Source: Nitrospirales bacterium (GTDB lineage: Bacteria > Nitrospirota > Nitrospiria > Nitrospirales > UBA8639). From it: a stretch of 64,000 nt of DNA. Where the stretch lies: assembly GCA_029261235.1 (NCBI GenBank), contig JAJDBS010000005.1, forward strand, positions 16,871 to 80,870, read 5' to 3'. The notes beneath the pieces are model-generated. The model was not told where the DNA came from. It did not search any database and saw only the letters and a program-made list of their open reading frames with translations. Position 1 is the first letter of the stretch; each line of letters begins with the position of its first letter. Positions 1 to 8,665 of this stretch are shown here, piece by piece. Made by a program: the position numbers and the translations under genes.

Positions 1-525
1 GAGTTCGTCTAGCCAAATTTCTTGCACGGATGTTGGTTCACCATAGCTTTGCTTAATCCATTTTTTTACCGTGTTGAAATCTTGAACAAATTCCACGGCA
101 TCATCATGCTGAGGCTCGAACACATACTTGGCTTGGCCTAAATGATTCTCATAAAAGCTATAGGTTAACGCAGCCTCAATACCTTCGATTTGCGTATGAT
201 ACGCGACTCGCTGTTCGTAATCGGCCAACACCGGAGACTGCAAATCCCATGATGACTTGACGAGTTCATTGTCTTTGACTTCTTGAACACTCATACCCCA
301 ATCAGTGCTCCGCCGCTCAAGTGCTTTGGGTTGAGATGGCATCATCATTTTTTTCATGACTGATGGTTCAGCCTGATGCTGAGTTGGCGCCATGAGCAAA
401 TTGCCATTCGAATCACGATGCCGGGTAAGATGTACATACTCTGAATTACTTGCGGCATAACTTGTCGCCAACAATGATGTCCCTAACACCGCCACCGTGC
501 TCATCAAGAAAAAATGTGTTTTCAT
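1..525 (-). CDS. Exported hypothetical protein, runs off the left edge (not in ORF track)
   Basis: Open frame from ATG 525 (alternative in-frame ATG 546): MKTHFFLMSTVAVLGTSLLATSYAA... signal-peptide-like N-terminus, no stop to base 1. Confidence 0.75.
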   Translation of the reverse strand, partial: MKTHFFLMSTVAVLGTSLLATSYAASNSEYVHLTRHRDSNGNLLMAPTQHQAEPSVMKKMMMPSQPKALERRSTDWGMSVQEVKDNELVKSSWDLQSPVLADYEQRVAYHTQIEGIEAALTYSFYENHLGQAKYVFEPQHDDAVEFVQDFNTVKKWIKQSYGEPTSVQEIWLDEL

Positions 526-635
526 AGCAGTTCTCATTTTCCTCATGGTTCCTAATCGTTTGAATGGTTCGAGTTCGCCAGCATACAGGCAAAAGGCGAG
601 TCTCAACGCTACCTTTCATCAATCTCTATAGAATA

Positions 636-662
636 CTGTCGGTTATTGCTCGGAGAACTTAA
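636..662 (-). promoter_or_regulatory. Sigma28 (FliA)-like promoter
   Basis: TTAAGTTC-N11-ACCGACAG vs consensus TAAAGTTT-N11-GCCGATAA; points at the 525 ORF. Confidence 0.5.
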
Positions 663-691
663 GAGGAAGGACAGGAGATCCTAAAAAATGC

Positions 692-1177
692 TTAGTGCCA
701 GGCCGGTTGACCGCCCCAGTCTTCTCCACCCCTCAACATAGTAGAAGAGAGGATTTCAGCCCAGTGGTCACGGACATTGGCAAACATCTGCAAATATCCG
801 GAATACGTTGGTGGTTTCTGCATGTAACCATTCACACCTAATGTCGCGGTTTGGAAAATATCTCTTGGGGCTTTGGATGTCGTCAACACAACAACAGGGA
901 TACAGGACAGCACTTGATCTTTACTCAATTCTTCCAACACCTCTTGTCCAGTCATGTAGGGCATATTGAGGTCTAACAAAATCACACTCGGCCGAGGAGC
1001 ACTTTCTCGATTCTCATAGACTCCGCGGCGATAGAGGTAATCCAGTAAATCGGTACCGTCAGAGACCATCCGCAAGTGTTCCCCGATGGGCATTTCTTCC
1101 CATGCTTCCCGGACCATCTCACAATCATCGGGATTATCATCCACCAACAATACCGTATGAATCGGACGCTCAACCAT
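692..1177 (-). CDS. Single-domain response regulator (receiver, Rcp-like)
   Basis: LLVDDNPDD, ILLDLNMP (phospho-Asp), VVVLTTS, YMQKP. Confidence 0.9.
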   Translation of the reverse strand: MVERPIHTVLLVDDNPDDCEMVREAWEEMPIGEHLRMVSDGTDLLDYLYRRGVYENRESAPRPSVILLDLNMPYMTGQEVLEELSKDQVLSCIPVVVLTTSKAPRDIFQTATLGVNGYMQKPPTYSGYLQMFANVRDHWAEILSSTMLRGGEDWGGQPAWH

Positions 1178-1358
1178 TCGCTGCTCCTACCTCTTCACAA
1201 AATGGGTTATCAATCCAGGCGTTCAACAAAAACCTTTGATTCGAATCAGACAGCCGTCTTCATACTTATTTCGGCTCATTTTGCAAAAACTTGTGATAAA
1301 GCAGTCGTTCATCAAAGAAGCCAAACAACGTGACGTTGAAATGAGGGAAAGGTCTTAT

Positions 1359-2000
1359 TTATGGAAGGACGGTGAGATGTTTCAATAGCTGTTGAGGCGG
1401 TATCGACTCTTGACGCCTGTCCCAGAGGGAAGAAAGATGTCGGAGATGCCACCATTGTAAGAGCGCATCCCAACCAGTCACTCGAATCACATTCATGTCA
1501 TCAATCTGACGATTCCACGGTTGATCCATAACAAAAACTCGCGCCTCTACCGCTTGATAGCTTAGAAGATGTTCAGGATGATCATCAATCGCCAGAGTAA
1601 TAGATTCGGGAATTTCTGTTTTTTCTTCTGTGTGATACAGAGCATCGAACGGAATTCCGTGCATGGTTAACCATTGCAATGTTTGCGGGCGCGAATACGG
1701 GCGCCGCGCAGTCACAATGATAATACGACAGGTCTGATGAATCAGATCCAGAACATATTTCGCTCCAGGATACACAGACAATCGCGGAATAGACTCTTCA
1801 TGAAAACGCGCAAAAATTTCCTCAAGCACTAACTTCTCAATTTCACTGGAATCCAAACCACCAGCACTGCCATATCTTCCACGCGGCCATGTGTTCCCGG
1901 TGATCACTTGAAACAAGCGCTGAACTTCTGGCTCCGCTTTTCCTAAAACATTATCAATATCAACCGCGAAACATGGCTGAGTCTCAGATTTCATAGACAC
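1359..2000 (-). CDS. HAD-superfamily 5'(3')-deoxyribonucleotidase-like (NT5C) phosphatase
   Basis: Motif I AVDIDNV, motif II IVTAR, motif IV AIDDHP, DQPWN. Confidence 0.75.
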   Translation of the reverse strand: MSMKSETQPCFAVDIDNVLGKAEPEVQRLFQVITGNTWPRGRYGSAGGLDSSEIEKLVLEEIFARFHEESIPRLSVYPGAKYVLDLIHQTCRIIIVTARRPYSRPQTLQWLTMHGIPFDALYHTEEKTEIPESITLAIDDHPEHLLSYQAVEARVFVMDQPWNRQIDDMNVIRVTGWDALLQWWHLRHLSSLWDRRQESIPPQQLLKHLTVLP

Positions 2001-2220
2001 TATATACTCCTAGTTCATTGAGTTAGCGCTTGGTTCAAGTCTAGAGTCAACCAAAGACGCTTCCTTCATACGAGTCCACCATAGAAATATTTCAACAGAA
2101 GAATCAAGCCTCCGGCACGACTCATGATGAACATTTCCCTGAATATGTCGGCATCAGATGTATGGAGGAACAAGAAACAGAAACCAAACGGACGTATGAT
2201 AAGATGGAGAGATTTGCCCG

Positions 2221-3057
2221 TTAAGGGGCCAAACCCGCAGTGAGGGAATGTTGGGCAAGGGAAGTCCGTAGCGGTCGATTCGTCAGAGCCAAATACGCTT
2301 TACTAATAGAACCAACCGGCCGCACCTCCATGAGAAATGGGGTTTCCCAATCTCCATCAGCCACGTCTGGCTCTTCAGGAATTAACACTTTGCGATAATG
2401 TTGTTCATAGGCCGCCAAAATTTTCAACGGCACGCCACCGACCGTACCTAGATGCCCGTCAGCTGTGACCGTCCCCGTCAGAACCGTTGTTACATCCACC
2501 GGCTCATTCTTTGCCAGCGCCACAATATTTAACGCCGCCATCGCTGACAGACTTTCTCCATATAGGGTCACACCTGGATACGGCAGCTGCAACCGAACAG
2601 TCCAAGAATCAGGATTCAAGGCAGCAGCTTTGACGACGAAATGCAAGGCTTCGATGACTGCCTGTTGCGCATACGGAGAGAACTTCCCAGGTACTGATTG
2701 AAATTGAATATCGAGCCCATCGTGATCACGACGTTGAAGAAATTCTAATTGTATTTCGGCCACAATCCCAACTGGCTCCGAATTTTCATCCGTCGTTGTC
2801 CCCAAAATAGGAATTGTCGTCCGAATGTGTTTCAAGTGCCCATCAGCATCGGAAGCGGCGTTGCTCCATGATGGCAGACTCAGTGCAACCAGCCCGACGA
2901 AGACGAGGCTTACAAAAAGCGTAGAAGTCGTGAGAACCTTAACTGTTCTCGCACAGAGAGAAGACTGAGTTAGAGAACCTCTAAAAAACCGACGGGAGCA
3001 TGTGCAGGACGATACCGAAAAACCAACCATCGCAGGCCTCCATAGTGACGTCTTCAT
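2221..3057 (-). CDS. Stand-alone Lon-type (S16) protease domain, probably exported; true start likely downstream of 3057
   Basis: GESLSAMAA (catalytic Ser), LTGTV, VGGVPLKILAA (catalytic Lys), KVLIPE; hydrophobic N-terminal stretch; no AAA+ domain. Confidence 0.8.
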   Translation of the reverse strand: MKTSLWRPAMVGFSVSSCTCSRRFFRGSLTQSSLCARTVKVLTTSTLFVSLVFVGLVALSLPSWSNAASDADGHLKHIRTTIPILGTTTDENSEPVGIVAEIQLEFLQRRDHDGLDIQFQSVPGKFSPYAQQAVIEALHFVVKAAALNPDSWTVRLQLPYPGVTLYGESLSAMAALNIVALAKNEPVDVTTVLTGTVTADGHLGTVGGVPLKILAAYEQHYRKVLIPEEPDVADGDWETPFLMEVRPVGSISKAYLALTNRPLRTSLAQHSLTAGLAP

Positions 3058-3060
3058 TCC

Positions 3061-3088
3061 CCTTCGGTCCTGCGTTAGGGGAACTTAA
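3061..3088 (-). promoter_or_regulatory. Sigma28-like promoter
   Basis: TTAAGTTC-N12-ACCGAAGG. Confidence 0.35.
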
Positions 3089-3258
3089 GTCTTGGAGGCT
3101 GGATACCAATTCATTCGCCTTCTCTTTTCTTAAGTAAGAAAGCTATGGCATCGGTATCGTTCTTTCTCTAAGGAGGGAAAAAGTCCCAACGAATCAAGTC
3201 ATCCGTACAAACTCGCACTTCGTTCCGTTCCGGCCATTCATTACGCTGGCCTCACGCA

Positions 3259-3286
3259 TTAAGAACGATAGAAGGACCACCGATAA
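3259..3286 (+). promoter_or_regulatory. Sigma28-like promoter upstream of HD-GYP gene
   Basis: TTAAGAAC-N12-ACCGATAA, 70 bp before ATG 3356. Confidence 0.55.
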
Positions 3287-3355
3287 TGTCATTGTGCTCA
3301 CTCGATTGATCGACAATGTGCTGTCGATCTGACATTACACGAGGGAATCAACCCA

Positions 3356-4639
3356 ATGGCAAAAAAACGAATTCCCATTACATCCGTCAAAATAGGCATG
3401 TATCTCTGTGGGATTGATGGGTCCTGGTTGAACACGCCATTCCTCAGACATCGATTTTTGATTGGTTCGACTGCCGACATCACCAAACTACAAAAATCTG
3501 GAATCCAAGCAATCACCATAGATACAGAACGCGGACTTGATGACGTATCAACAGCGGAAGTCGATCACCAAGAAGACTCACCTGAATCGATTCCTGAAAC
3601 GCCATTAGACATCACGACCAAGAATTCAATCTCTCCTGAAGCCGAACGAATTCAACATCTTCCAGATGAAGTCCAAGGGAAATCCTTAGGAGGAGAGCTC
3701 ACTGCGATCACTCAAACGCGACAATATATGCTGCAAGGCGTACAAGATATCTTGGAGACGCTATCAAAGACCGGAGGGATTGCGATTGCAGAAGTGAATG
3801 ATATAACCCGATCAATCATGGCTGAAACGTTAGACCATGAAGAAGCCTATATCGCGCTGATTCGCACCAGAGATTTTTCACCTGCACAGTACGAGCACGC
3901 GTTAGCTGTGAGCACATTATCTGTGCTACTTGCACGTTCTATCGGATTAGAAGACTCCGTATGCCAAGACCTGGCCTCGGCTGGCCTCCTTCATGATGCC
4001 GGCCATGCGAAAATTCCAACTGCGATACAACGACCACTCCATGAATTATCTCAATCAGAATTAGCAATCTATCAATCTCATCCCAAACGCGGATTGGACT
4101 TTTTGATGCAGCAGGCTGCATTGCCCGAACAAGTCCAAACATATATTCGTGAACATCATGTCGCCTTAGATGGATCTGGGTATCCGACAGATATTGATCC
4201 GGCCACCATTCAACCAGCCAGCCGCATCCTGCGCCTCGTCGATGAATATGATGAGCTGCTAACTGGTCATCAAAGTGGAAAGCCTCAAACAGTCCGTACA
4301 GCGCTTCAAACCCTCTATCAACAAGGCAAAAAAGGAGCATTAGATGTGGAGTTGGTCGGGAAATTCATTAATCTTATCGGCATCTATCCAACGTACAGCT
4401 TAGTTGAGCTCAGTACAGGTGAACGTGGGATTGTCACGGCCAACTCTCGAGAAAATCTGCTTCAACCGACCATATTGCTCATTCAAGATGCTGCTCACCA
4501 ACCGTTACCCGAACCCATTCCCTTTAATTTCTCCGTGTTGGAAAAGGATACTTCAAGGCCCGAGATTGTCAAAATTTTGATGCCGGACGAAGTCGGTATT
4601 CAGCTCGATATCGCCTTAGAGGATTGGGTAACCTTGTAA
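3356..4639 (+). CDS. DUF3391 + HD-GYP domain protein (c-di-GMP phosphodiesterase family, partly degenerate)
   Basis: N-terminal KIGMY...SWLNTPFLRHRF; LLHDAGH; HHVALDGSGYP; C-terminal GIYPTYSLVELSTGE. Confidence 0.85.
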   Translation: MAKKRIPITSVKIGMYLCGIDGSWLNTPFLRHRFLIGSTADITKLQKSGIQAITIDTERGLDDVSTAEVDHQEDSPESIPETPLDITTKNSISPEAERIQHLPDEVQGKSLGGELTAITQTRQYMLQGVQDILETLSKTGGIAIAEVNDITRSIMAETLDHEEAYIALIRTRDFSPAQYEHALAVSTLSVLLARSIGLEDSVCQDLASAGLLHDAGHAKIPTAIQRPLHELSQSELAIYQSHPKRGLDFLMQQAALPEQVQTYIREHHVALDGSGYPTDIDPATIQPASRILRLVDEYDELLTGHQSGKPQTVRTALQTLYQQGKKGALDVELVGKFINLIGIYPTYSLVELSTGERGIVTANSRENLLQPTILLIQDAAHQPLPEPIPFNFSVLEKDTSRPEIVKILMPDEVGIQLDIALEDWVTL

Positions 4640-4964
4640 AAATCTGCATCGTCAATCTTCAAGCTTCCTTCACCATTTTTCCCCTTACGCGTCAAACTGC
4701 TTCTTCAAACTATCCATAACGACCTTGTCCTTTGGTTCTCTATTGATCAACCGTCCGGCCAGCCACGACACGAGCCAGAGATACCACCGCAGATTTAGGT
4801 ATTTGCATCCGAATATGACTCGTTGCTCAAAGAACGGCTTCGCATAGCCTCACGTTCATGCAGGCGTTCGGATTCTTACAAATCTCGTAAGCGCAACCTA
4901 ACACGGCTTTAAAAAAGTTGAAGGAGACCTGAAAGATGGATCTAGCGCACTGATGGAGAAGATG

Positions 4965-5909
4965 CTAACGGGATACTGAAGGTGAGAGATGAATAGGAGC
5001 CATGCGCTCCAATACTAATAACAGAGCCTGCGTGCCCGAACGCCCATGGCCTTCGGCCTGTACTGCTTGATATAACTTATGAACCACTGAAAGACCCGGG
5101 AGAAGTAAACCCATTCGATTGGCGGCCGCCAACGCCAAGCCCATATCCTTAATGAAATGTTCCACAAAAAATCCTGGAGAAAAATCTTGTTGCAACATTT
5201 TTGGCGCGAGATAATCCAATGTCCAGCACCCGGCAGCCCCCTGGCGAATAGACTCCAACAGCTTTCCCCCATCTAAGCCGGCCTGATGTGCATACAACAA
5301 GGCCTCGCACACCCCAATCATCGTCCCTGCAATCGTTATTTGATTGCACAACTTGGCATGCTGGCCACAACCGGCTGGGCCATGATGAACTAAAACCTTT
5401 CCAAAGGTACGTAGTACGGGCTGCAGAGTTTCAAATGCGGAAGAACTACCACCCACCATAATCGATAAGGTTCCCTGTTTCGCACCCACATCCCCTCCTG
5501 AGACAGGAGCATCCAACGTAAAGATTTGTTGTTCGAGAGCACATTCAGAAATTTCAACGGCTAAGCTTGGATCCGATGTTGTGAAATCCACAAACATTTG
5601 ACCAGGCCGAGATTTTGCTAATAATCCATTCTTGCCTAAATAGATCTGTCGCACATCATTGGGAAATCCCAGCATGGTACACACCACATCAGCCTCGGCA
5701 AGAATATCAGCAGCGGCATCAACCCACTGGGCTCCTTGCTCGAGAAGCCCTGAAGCCTTGGTTTTCGTTCGAGTATGAACAGTGAGCGGAAAATTTGCTC
5801 GAAGCAGATGTTCACACATTGAGGCACCCATCACTCCGGTGCCAATCCATCCTATTCTGATGGGAGAAGGCAGAGAAGCATCCGTAGGGAGAGGGAAAGA
5901 AGTATCCAT
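4965..5909 (-). CDS. NAD(P)-dependent beta-hydroxyacid dehydrogenase (3-hydroxyisobutyrate dehydrogenase/tartronate semialdehyde reductase family)
   Basis: IGWIGTGVMG, DAPVSGGDVGA, GQHAKLCNQ, FIKDM; start moved to ATG 5909. Confidence 0.9.
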   Translation of the reverse strand: MDTSFPLPTDASLPSPIRIGWIGTGVMGASMCEHLLRANFPLTVHTRTKTKASGLLEQGAQWVDAAADILAEADVVCTMLGFPNDVRQIYLGKNGLLAKSRPGQMFVDFTTSDPSLAVEISECALEQQIFTLDAPVSGGDVGAKQGTLSIMVGGSSSAFETLQPVLRTFGKVLVHHGPAGCGQHAKLCNQITIAGTMIGVCEALLYAHQAGLDGGKLLESIRQGAAGCWTLDYLAPKMLQQDFSPGFFVEHFIKDMGLALAAANRMGLLLPGLSVVHKLYQAVQAEGHGRSGTQALLLVLERMAPIHLSPSVSR

Positions 5910-5925
5910 GAAAATTCGTAGAGAT

Positions 5926-7428
5926 CTATGATTGAGAGGAAACCGGTTGTTGTTGTGTGAGGCAATGAAGCGTCCCAAACCCCCACACGAGATCAACAGC
6001 ATGAATGCCCACCACCGTTCGGTCGGGAAATAGATCAGACAGGATGCCGAGTGCCACTCGATCATTCGGATCATTAAACGTGGGGACTATCACGACCGAA
6101 TTACCGATATAAAAGTTCGCATAACTGGCGGGAAGTCGTTGTCCATCAAAATATATTGGGGACGGCATTGGCAAGGGCACAATCCCAATTTTCCGACCGT
6201 CTTCACAACGCATCCCTTCAAGCCGTTCCCGATTCTCCGCAAGCGGCCGATAATTGTCATCAGATGAATTGGCTTCCTGACAGAGAACCACTGTATAGGG
6301 ATCGACGAAACGACAGAGATCATCCGCATGCCCATGCGTATCATCACCCGCAATCCCCTTCCCCAACCACAACACTTGCGAAATTCCTAAATACTCTCGA
6401 AACACGTCTTCATAGTCTTGACGAGAAAATCCCTGATTCCGCACCTGAATACGTTCGTCTAAGAGACATTCTTCAGTGGTCAACAACGTCCCCTGCCCAT
6501 TCACATCGATACTGCCACCCTCCAACACTACCCCGCGCTTTTGGTGCGTTACCGGAACAAGAGGAATTTGAAATTTTGCCGCGACACGTTCGGGAATCCG
6601 ATTGTCTTTTTGCCAATCTGGATAACGGGCCCAAGCATTGAACTGAAATCTGGCAATATTGACCTGAGATTTCGCCTCGTCACTTTTCAGAAAAATAGGA
6701 CCAAAGTCGCGGGTCCACCCACGATTCGTGGGGATCCGGACAAATTCGATGTGGTCAAATTCTACCCCAACACGCGTCAAGACCCGACGAGCTTTTAGCT
6801 CATGTGCTTTATCATTAACCAGAATCCGAACGATTTCGCTTGTGGCTAGTTGACGGACGATTTCTCCATACACCCATTGAATAGCAGCCATTTTCCCAGG
6901 CCAATCCGTCGTATTGTGTGGCCAGCCAATCCACGTCGCCTCATGTCGCTCCCACTCCGCCGGCATCCGCCACTCCAATTTCACTGAAAGTTGCTGGGTA
7001 TCATCTCTCGTCCCTCTTTCTCGACTTTGATTTCCCCTCTCCCTTCCAGGGAGAGGGTTGGGGTGAGGGTCAAGACTCTCACTACCTTCTAACACCCTCA
7101 ATATCTCCTCCAACACAACATCCGTCTTGGTTAACACATCATCATTCCAAAACCGCAGCACCTGAAAACCCACAGAGCTCAAATACTTCGAACGCTCCTC
7201 ATCTGCGTCTACTTGTTCGACATGCTGCCCACCATCCAGCTCAATAATCAACATTCCTTCCAAACAACAATAAGCAACAATATAGCCACCGATGGGATGC
7301 TGACGTCTGAACTTCCAGCCCTTGAGTTGATGGTCACGAATCCTCATCCACAGCTTCTGTTCAGCATCGGTCTGACCACCTCGGAGGCGTTGAGCCAACG
7401 ATCGCAATGTTGGTGGAATTCGTTTCAC
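5926..7428 (-). CDS. aguA: Agmatine deiminase with in-frame N-terminal DUF559 (Vsr-like endonuclease) domain
   Basis: RMPAEWE, WTRDFGP, EGGSID, DDTHGHADD, ASYANF, GTLHCLTQQQP; N-terminal ~113 aa FRRQHPIGGYI...IELDGGQH...VLRFWN; possible internal start ATG 6966. Confidence 0.9.
   Translation of the reverse strand: MKRIPPTLRSLAQRLRGGQTDAEQKLWMRIRDHQLKGWKFRRQHPIGGYIVAYCCLEGMLIIELDGGQHVEQVDADEERSKYLSSVGFQVLRFWNDDVLTKTDVVLEEILRVLEGSESLDPHPNPLPGRERGNQSRERGTRDDTQQLSVKLEWRMPAEWERHEATWIGWPHNTTDWPGKMAAIQWVYGEIVRQLATSEIVRILVNDKAHELKARRVLTRVGVEFDHIEFVRIPTNRGWTRDFGPIFLKSDEAKSQVNIARFQFNAWARYPDWQKDNRIPERVAAKFQIPLVPVTHQKRGVVLEGGSIDVNGQGTLLTTEECLLDERIQVRNQGFSRQDYEDVFREYLGISQVLWLGKGIAGDDTHGHADDLCRFVDPYTVVLCQEANSSDDNYRPLAENRERLEGMRCEDGRKIGIVPLPMPSPIYFDGQRLPASYANFYIGNSVVIVPTFNDPNDRVALGILSDLFPDRTVVGIHAVDLVWGFGTLHCLTQQQPVSSQS
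7034..7069. repeat. Palindromic REP-like repeat copy 1, translated in frame as PHPNPLPGRERG
   Basis: CCCCTCTCCCttccaGGGAGAGGGTTGGGGTGAGGG. Confidence 0.85.
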
Positions 7429-7432
7429 CGTT

Positions 7433-7470
7433 CCCCTCGGCTTAATCCTCTTCCCGGAAGGGAGAGGAAG
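7433..7470. repeat. Palindromic REP-like repeat copy 2 (opposite orientation, degenerate)
   Basis: CCCCTCggcttaatCCTCTTCCCggaaGGGAGAGGAAG. Confidence 0.7.
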
Positions 7471-7534
7471 CTTTCAATCCAAGAAAAATTCAAGACTGAA
7501 GTCATTATTATGTGGAATGCAAACACAACAAAAT

Positions 7535-7570
7535 CCCCTCTCCCTGTTAGGGAGAGGGTTAGGGAGAGGG
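7535..7570. repeat. Palindromic REP-like repeat copy 3
   Basis: CCCCTCTCCCtgttaGGGAGAGGGTTAGGGAGAGGG. Confidence 0.85.
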
Positions 7571-7600
7571 TGAACGCATCAAACGGGTGCAGAGCCCGAA

Positions 7601-8479
7601 CTAATGAGACTCATCCAAAAACCTCTTCGTGATTCCGTCATACGCATCAATGCGTCGATCACGGAGAAAAGGCCAATTTCGGCGAACCTCTTCAATGCGT
7701 GTCAGATCAATATCCACCACCAACGTCTCTTCCTTATCAACTGATGCCTGGGCCAACACCACACCAAATGGATCACACACAAAGGAACTCCCCCAGAATT
7801 CCAAACCATCACCACCAGCTGGAGACTCATGACCCACTCGATTCACGGCAGCCACAAACACACCATTCGCAATCGCATGACTGCGTTGAATGGTTATCCA
7901 GGCATCTCGCTGCGCCTGACCCTCCTCAGCCTTTTCTTGAGGATGCCAGCCGATCGCCGTGGGATAGAACAAAATCTCGGCACCGAGCAACGCCGTCATT
8001 CGTGCCGCTTCGGGATACCATTGATCCCAACAAATCAACGGTCCAACAGTCGCATGAGTCGTCTTGATGGCCTGAAACCCTTTATCCCCAGGAGTGAAAT
8101 AGAACTTTTCGTAATAAGCGGGATCATCAGGAATATGCATCTTCCGATAGAACCCAGCGATCTCTCCCCGCTCATCCAACACAACAAGAGAATTGTGATA
8201 CACGCCAGCCGTCCGTCGCTCAAACACCGACACTAAAAGAGAGATTCCACGGGCCTTCGCAACCTTGCTCAACACCTCGGTTGATGGTCCTGGCACGGAT
8301 TCAGCCATATCAAACAACGCGGCGTCTTCTTGCTGACAAAAATATTGAGACCGAAACAACTCAGGCAGACAAATAATCTGTGCGCCACTGTGAGCCGCCT
8401 CTTCGACTTTTGCCACGCTCCGCTCCAAATTCTCTTCAGAATCGACCGAGCAAGCCATTTGAATCAAACCTATTTTCAT
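7601..8479 (-). CDS. aguB: N-carbamoylputrescine amidohydrolase (carbon-nitrogen hydrolase)
   Basis: CLPELF, YRKMHIPDDP.YYEKFYFTPGD, ICWDQWYPE (E-K-C triad); adjacent to aguA; start ATG 8479. Confidence 0.9.
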   Translation of the reverse strand: MKIGLIQMACSVDSEENLERSVAKVEEAAHSGAQIICLPELFRSQYFCQQEDAALFDMAESVPGPSTEVLSKVAKARGISLLVSVFERRTAGVYHNSLVVLDERGEIAGFYRKMHIPDDPAYYEKFYFTPGDKGFQAIKTTHATVGPLICWDQWYPEAARMTALLGAEILFYPTAIGWHPQEKAEEGQAQRDAWITIQRSHAIANGVFVAAVNRVGHESPAGGDGLEFWGSSFVCDPFGVVLAQASVDKEETLVVDIDLTRIEEVRRNWPFLRDRRIDAYDGITKRFLDESH

Positions 8480-8665
8480 TGTCTTTGAAGAAGTTGCCAC
8501 ATACTCAAGACTACCCAAATACCCACGTAAGAACAACTGAATAAACTGCTTAAGAAAGAAAGAGTCGGCATTATGACGACAGATACCGTCATACGCACGC
8601 AGGCGGGTATCCAGAAATTAAAAAAACTTTAACCTAATGAGTATGATCCACAAAGGTGTGCGAGC

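Noticed and set aside
4640-4964. 325 bp intergenic gap as possible ncRNA
   Set aside because: No convincing stems or known motif found by eye
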